A program made the position numbers and the translations under genes. Source: Lama guanicoe (lineage: Eukaryota). Taken from it: 64,000 bases of DNA. The stretch is from the NCBI GenBank assembly GCA_013239625.1, contig MU054187.1:18778711-18842710 (forward strand), given 5' to 3'. The number at the start of each line of letters is the position of its first letter. Within the stretch, counting starts at the first letter, position 1. The notes beneath the pieces are model-generated. The model ran no database searches. It saw only the letters and a list, made by a program, of their open reading frames with translations, and had not been told where the DNA came from. Below are positions 60,501 through 64,000 of the stretch, piece by piece.

Positions 60501-62070
60501 AAGACTCTTCCACCCTGGTTGCCCCTTGATAAAATCTGACTGTTCCTTAATCCGCTCAACTTTGTTTCACAGGTTCTATTAGACTGCGTTAATTCTATCA
60601 CTCACTCTACACATTTGCTGCTCCCAGTTTAGTTCTCTGATGGTCATCTCGCTTCCAGAGCTTCCAGATGTCAGGACCACCTCTCCATTCATTGACTGGT
60701 ATACTCAGAGGCAGCATGTCGTTAACTCTGAAAGTCTAAGCACAATTTGAAATTAATAATAGTTATATATAATTTAAGAATTTTAAAAAGTCTTATAGAA
60801 AGGAGACACATAAAACACTTCTCCCTTTATTATCTTTACTGGGAAAGCATCTAGAAAGTCTCAAATCTAGAAGAGGCAATTAAGTTATATTATACAGGCA
60901 GCAAAAGCAGAATATCCACAAATAAGCAAAGTAGTCTACACTCTCTGTAAGTGATACAGATTAATGTTATTGCAGGCACCCGCTGCGTAAGATAACAAGG
61001 CACAGAGAGCAGTGTACATAAAGCAGTAACAGTAGAAGACTTGCCTTCTAGAGCTTCCATCTAACTCAAGAAGAAAAATGTACAAATGAAATATGATTTT
61101 GAAGTTATTTCAGAATGACAAATAATTATATGTGATTATTGGAGATAAGCCAAAGAGGTGAAGCCTGAAAGAAATTAATAATAAAAGCAACATTGATGAC
61201 AGTAGCCATTTACTGAAGGCTAACTGTGAGATACCCCCAGGCTGGTACTCAAAATATCTACATTTTACTGATGAAGAAATTGAGGCTCAGAGAAGTCTAT
61301 CTAAGATCACATAGCTCGTAAAAAGGAGAGTTATGGTTCAAATAGTGATTTGAACCTACACATGGGCTGGGCAAGGATTTGGAGAAAAGCAATCTAGAGG
61401 GAAGGAAGTCAACAAAGGCACCCAAGGACGACCAGGCTGACTTAGCTGGAGGGCAGAATTCACCTAGAAAGCACAAGGGCAGAGGAAAGGAAAGGGATGA
61501 GGGTGGCTGGCAGCTGAGAGTAAGAGGGAGCTGAAGGATTCCCAGAAATTTAGCCATTTGGAGCCGAGGTGATAAGCACACAAGAATCAATCAGAGAGTG
61601 GTTCTTTTCACAAACAGGGTTTTGCATCCTGGAATCCAAAGACCTGGTGGCAAATGGGACAGTCTTTGCAACCAGTAGTGTCACCGAAGAAGAGTCCACA
61701 TCAATGAATATTTACCCATAATCTAGGAAGTGCCTAGATACACAGTAAATGAAGATATAAGCAAGACAGTAACAGTTTGGCATAAGTGCTATGAATGTAA
61801 CAAACAGGATGAAAATAGAGTAACTGCTCAGGGAATCAACTTTGGACCGGGGCCTGCTGGCCAAACATACGCTTCTCAACCACACCTATTCATGCATATA
61901 AATAGCAAATACTAGTGAATTGCAGGAACTTTTTCTGAAATACATAGAGTGAAATATATATAAACACACACACACACACACATATAAAGGTACTTCTCTA
62001 TATATATTTCCAAAGACATGAAACAACAAAAGTGTCCTCTTGTAAAACTAGTTGTCAGAAATGTGCCCTG

Positions 62071-62226
62071 GTGGGGAGGGTATAGCTCAGTGGCAGAGTG
62101 CAGGAGGTCTTGGATTCAGTCCCCAGTGCCTCCATTAAAAAAAGGAATATAAATAAATAAATAAACCTAATTACTGCCCTCTCTGGGGGAAAAAAAAAAA
62201 AAACCTTAAAAAAAAAAAAGAGAAAG
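62071..62226 (+). mobile_element. Vic-1-type SINE with internal deletion and perfect TSD
   Basis: TSD agaaatgtgccctg at 62057-62070 and 62227-62240; lacks the tgcttagcatgc segment. Confidence 0.9.
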
Positions 62227-63449
62227 AGAAATGTGCCCTGAAGAGTATCATAAAGAATATAAACTGAATTCAAAGTCTATGATTTCATAGAGAAGTTTCC
62301 AATTAGAAGGAACTATTTGGAACACATTTTGAAAGACTTTGAGAATGGTGGTGTTTTAAGGCAATGTTTTCATTTAAAAATACAAACACAGAGTTTGAAA
62401 CCTGCTGGCTTCACTCAATTTGTTAGTGAGGGCTGTGCATTCAAAGAATGATCCCAGGGGTATCGGAAATTCCTACCAACTCCAGGAAACTCAAACGCCT
62501 CTACAGCAGGTAACCTGATCGTCCTCCTAAAAGCAGAGCACCCTCAGTTGTATGACACTGGGTGTCCATGCTCAGAGAGCATAGCATGAAAGGTCAGTTA
62601 TGAAAAAGTTCACATTCTTTTTTTCATTAAAGTAATACTAACCACAACAACAACAGAAAAAAAAAAGATTGAAAGCAGAGGTGGCTATACCCTGTAGCTA
62701 AGCATCTTTAGCTTCAGGACCCACCTCCCCAACCCCCACATTCACATGCCCCCTTGCAAGTCCTAACAGTATATTCTCAATGTCATATATTTTTGAAAGC
62801 TCAGAGAGGTTTGAATTCTATTTCTTCAAGAGGATTTCCTATGTAGTATAAACTTCAGACCCTCCTGTTGGAATGCCTGCTTTGGTCACACATCACACTC
62901 CACACTGGAGATACCAAGATGAATGAGGTCTCCTCCCTCCTGGGGAGCAGCTTAGTGTAAAAGTGAGACAATGGGACATTGGCCTGGTTGTGGATTGTGC
63001 CATGGGAACAGAGGCCCAGGCTCTTTTATTGGTGTTACTAGTCTATTCGCTAAAATTTTTAACTTACTGAATTTCTTTTACTAAATGATGAATGCCCATT
63101 AAACAATACAGAAATGTACAGAAATGTAGAAAGAAACGGCTAATAATCTCTATGGAAATCCTGTTACTCTCCAGGCCTGATGAAATGCCCCTTGCATCAT
63201 GAAGTTATTTACCCCAGGCTCTTTTGGATGTTCATGACACTTTGTAGCACTCACATGACACTTAAGGTAACATAGGTATATGGGAGAATGAAAAGCATCA
63301 AAGATATTCCAGTCATGGTGAGTAATCCCTAAGGTTCACGAATAAGAACATTAGGAGATAAGAATGGAGAAAGCGAGGCAAGACGTGGGGCCTGGAGTTC
63401 CAGGTCAAGAACCTTAGGCGCTATTCCAGATGGTTTTTCTGCTTAGTGT

Positions 63450-63808
63450 TCACAAAAATAAGCACTGCTTTAGAATGACAGTTGTGCCTGGAGTTGGTGG
63501 TGTGGAGACCAGCAGAGATGGAAGGTTAGTGAGGGAGGGAAGACCTGGGAACCTGGGTCCGGAGCGCAGCAGTGGCGTGAAAAATAAGAGATAGGTATGA
63601 GAGACATGAGAAATTCAAAACTGATTTGGATATGATGGTGGGAGGGAAAAGAAAGAAATTTGCATTACCCTGTGGTTGGGTGGAGAATGAGTTGAGGAAA
63701 ACAGGAACGAGAACTCATGGGAAGACTGTCTGGTTCGGGGAGGAAGATGGTAAGTTTGAGCTTGGTTTCAATGCCCCTGAGATATTAGTAGGTCAAAAAA
63801 TTAGAAAT
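63450..63808 (-). mobile_element. L2 fragment
   Basis: gagatggaaggttagtgagg..gtaagtttgagcttgg..cctgagatatt. Confidence 0.5.
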
Positions 63809-63811
63809 GCC

Positions 63812-63950
63812 TAGTCCTTTGCTACTCAGAGTAAAGTGTGGTCCACGGAGCGGCAGCATTGGGATAACCTAGGAAATTATTTAAAATGCAGCGCTTCGAG
63901 CTGCAGACTTGCTGAATCCAAACTGCATAGTAAACCTGCCCCTGTAATGC
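63812..63950. mobile_element. MER5A-like fragment
   Basis: aaagtgtggtccacgga..ggcagcattgggataacctaggaa..aaatgcag..cagacttgctgaatc. Confidence 0.7.
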
Positions 63951-64000
63951 CCTGGGCTCTGACTTGGCTCCCAATTGATGTGAAATTGACCAAACTTCCT

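Noticed and set aside
63170..63210. Hammerhead ribozyme core (CTGATGA followed by a small stem)
   Set aside because: No correctly placed GAAA and no supportable stems I and III
1..64000. CRISPR array, operon or prokaryotic defence system
   Set aside because: Sequence is mammalian; no regularly spaced repeat-spacer array and no gene-dense coding structure

Overview
Mammalian, repeat-rich, apparently non-coding DNA (intron or intergenic). It is most likely from a camelid: it carries 18 copies of a tRNA-derived SINE matching the camelid Vic-1 type plus artiodactyl-type L1 3' ends, and I recognised no Bov-tA/BovB, PRE-1 or Alu. No host protein-coding exon, rRNA, true tRNA or CRISPR array is recognisable. 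The ORF track is explained by chance ORFs and L1 ORF2 remnants. Much of the window is fossil transposons: L1 of several ages including a 5'-inverted (twin-primed) copy, L2, MIR, MaLR and ERV1 solo LTRs, MER20, MER5, MER53, a Tigger2-type MITE and a Cheshire/MER58 hAT transposase fossil. I found no convincing new multi-gene system. The best leads are small: a perfect 22-bp hairpin at 30.2 kb with a template-switch signature, a miR-1302-like MER53 hairpin, a SINE with an apparent 3' transduction, an L2 piece inside a younger L1, an orphan 346-nt open exon-like segment, a 17-mer shared by two distant unique regions, and several motif-dense enhancer-like islands. Repeat family names are from recalled consensus sequences, not a database search, and most repeat boundaries are approximate.
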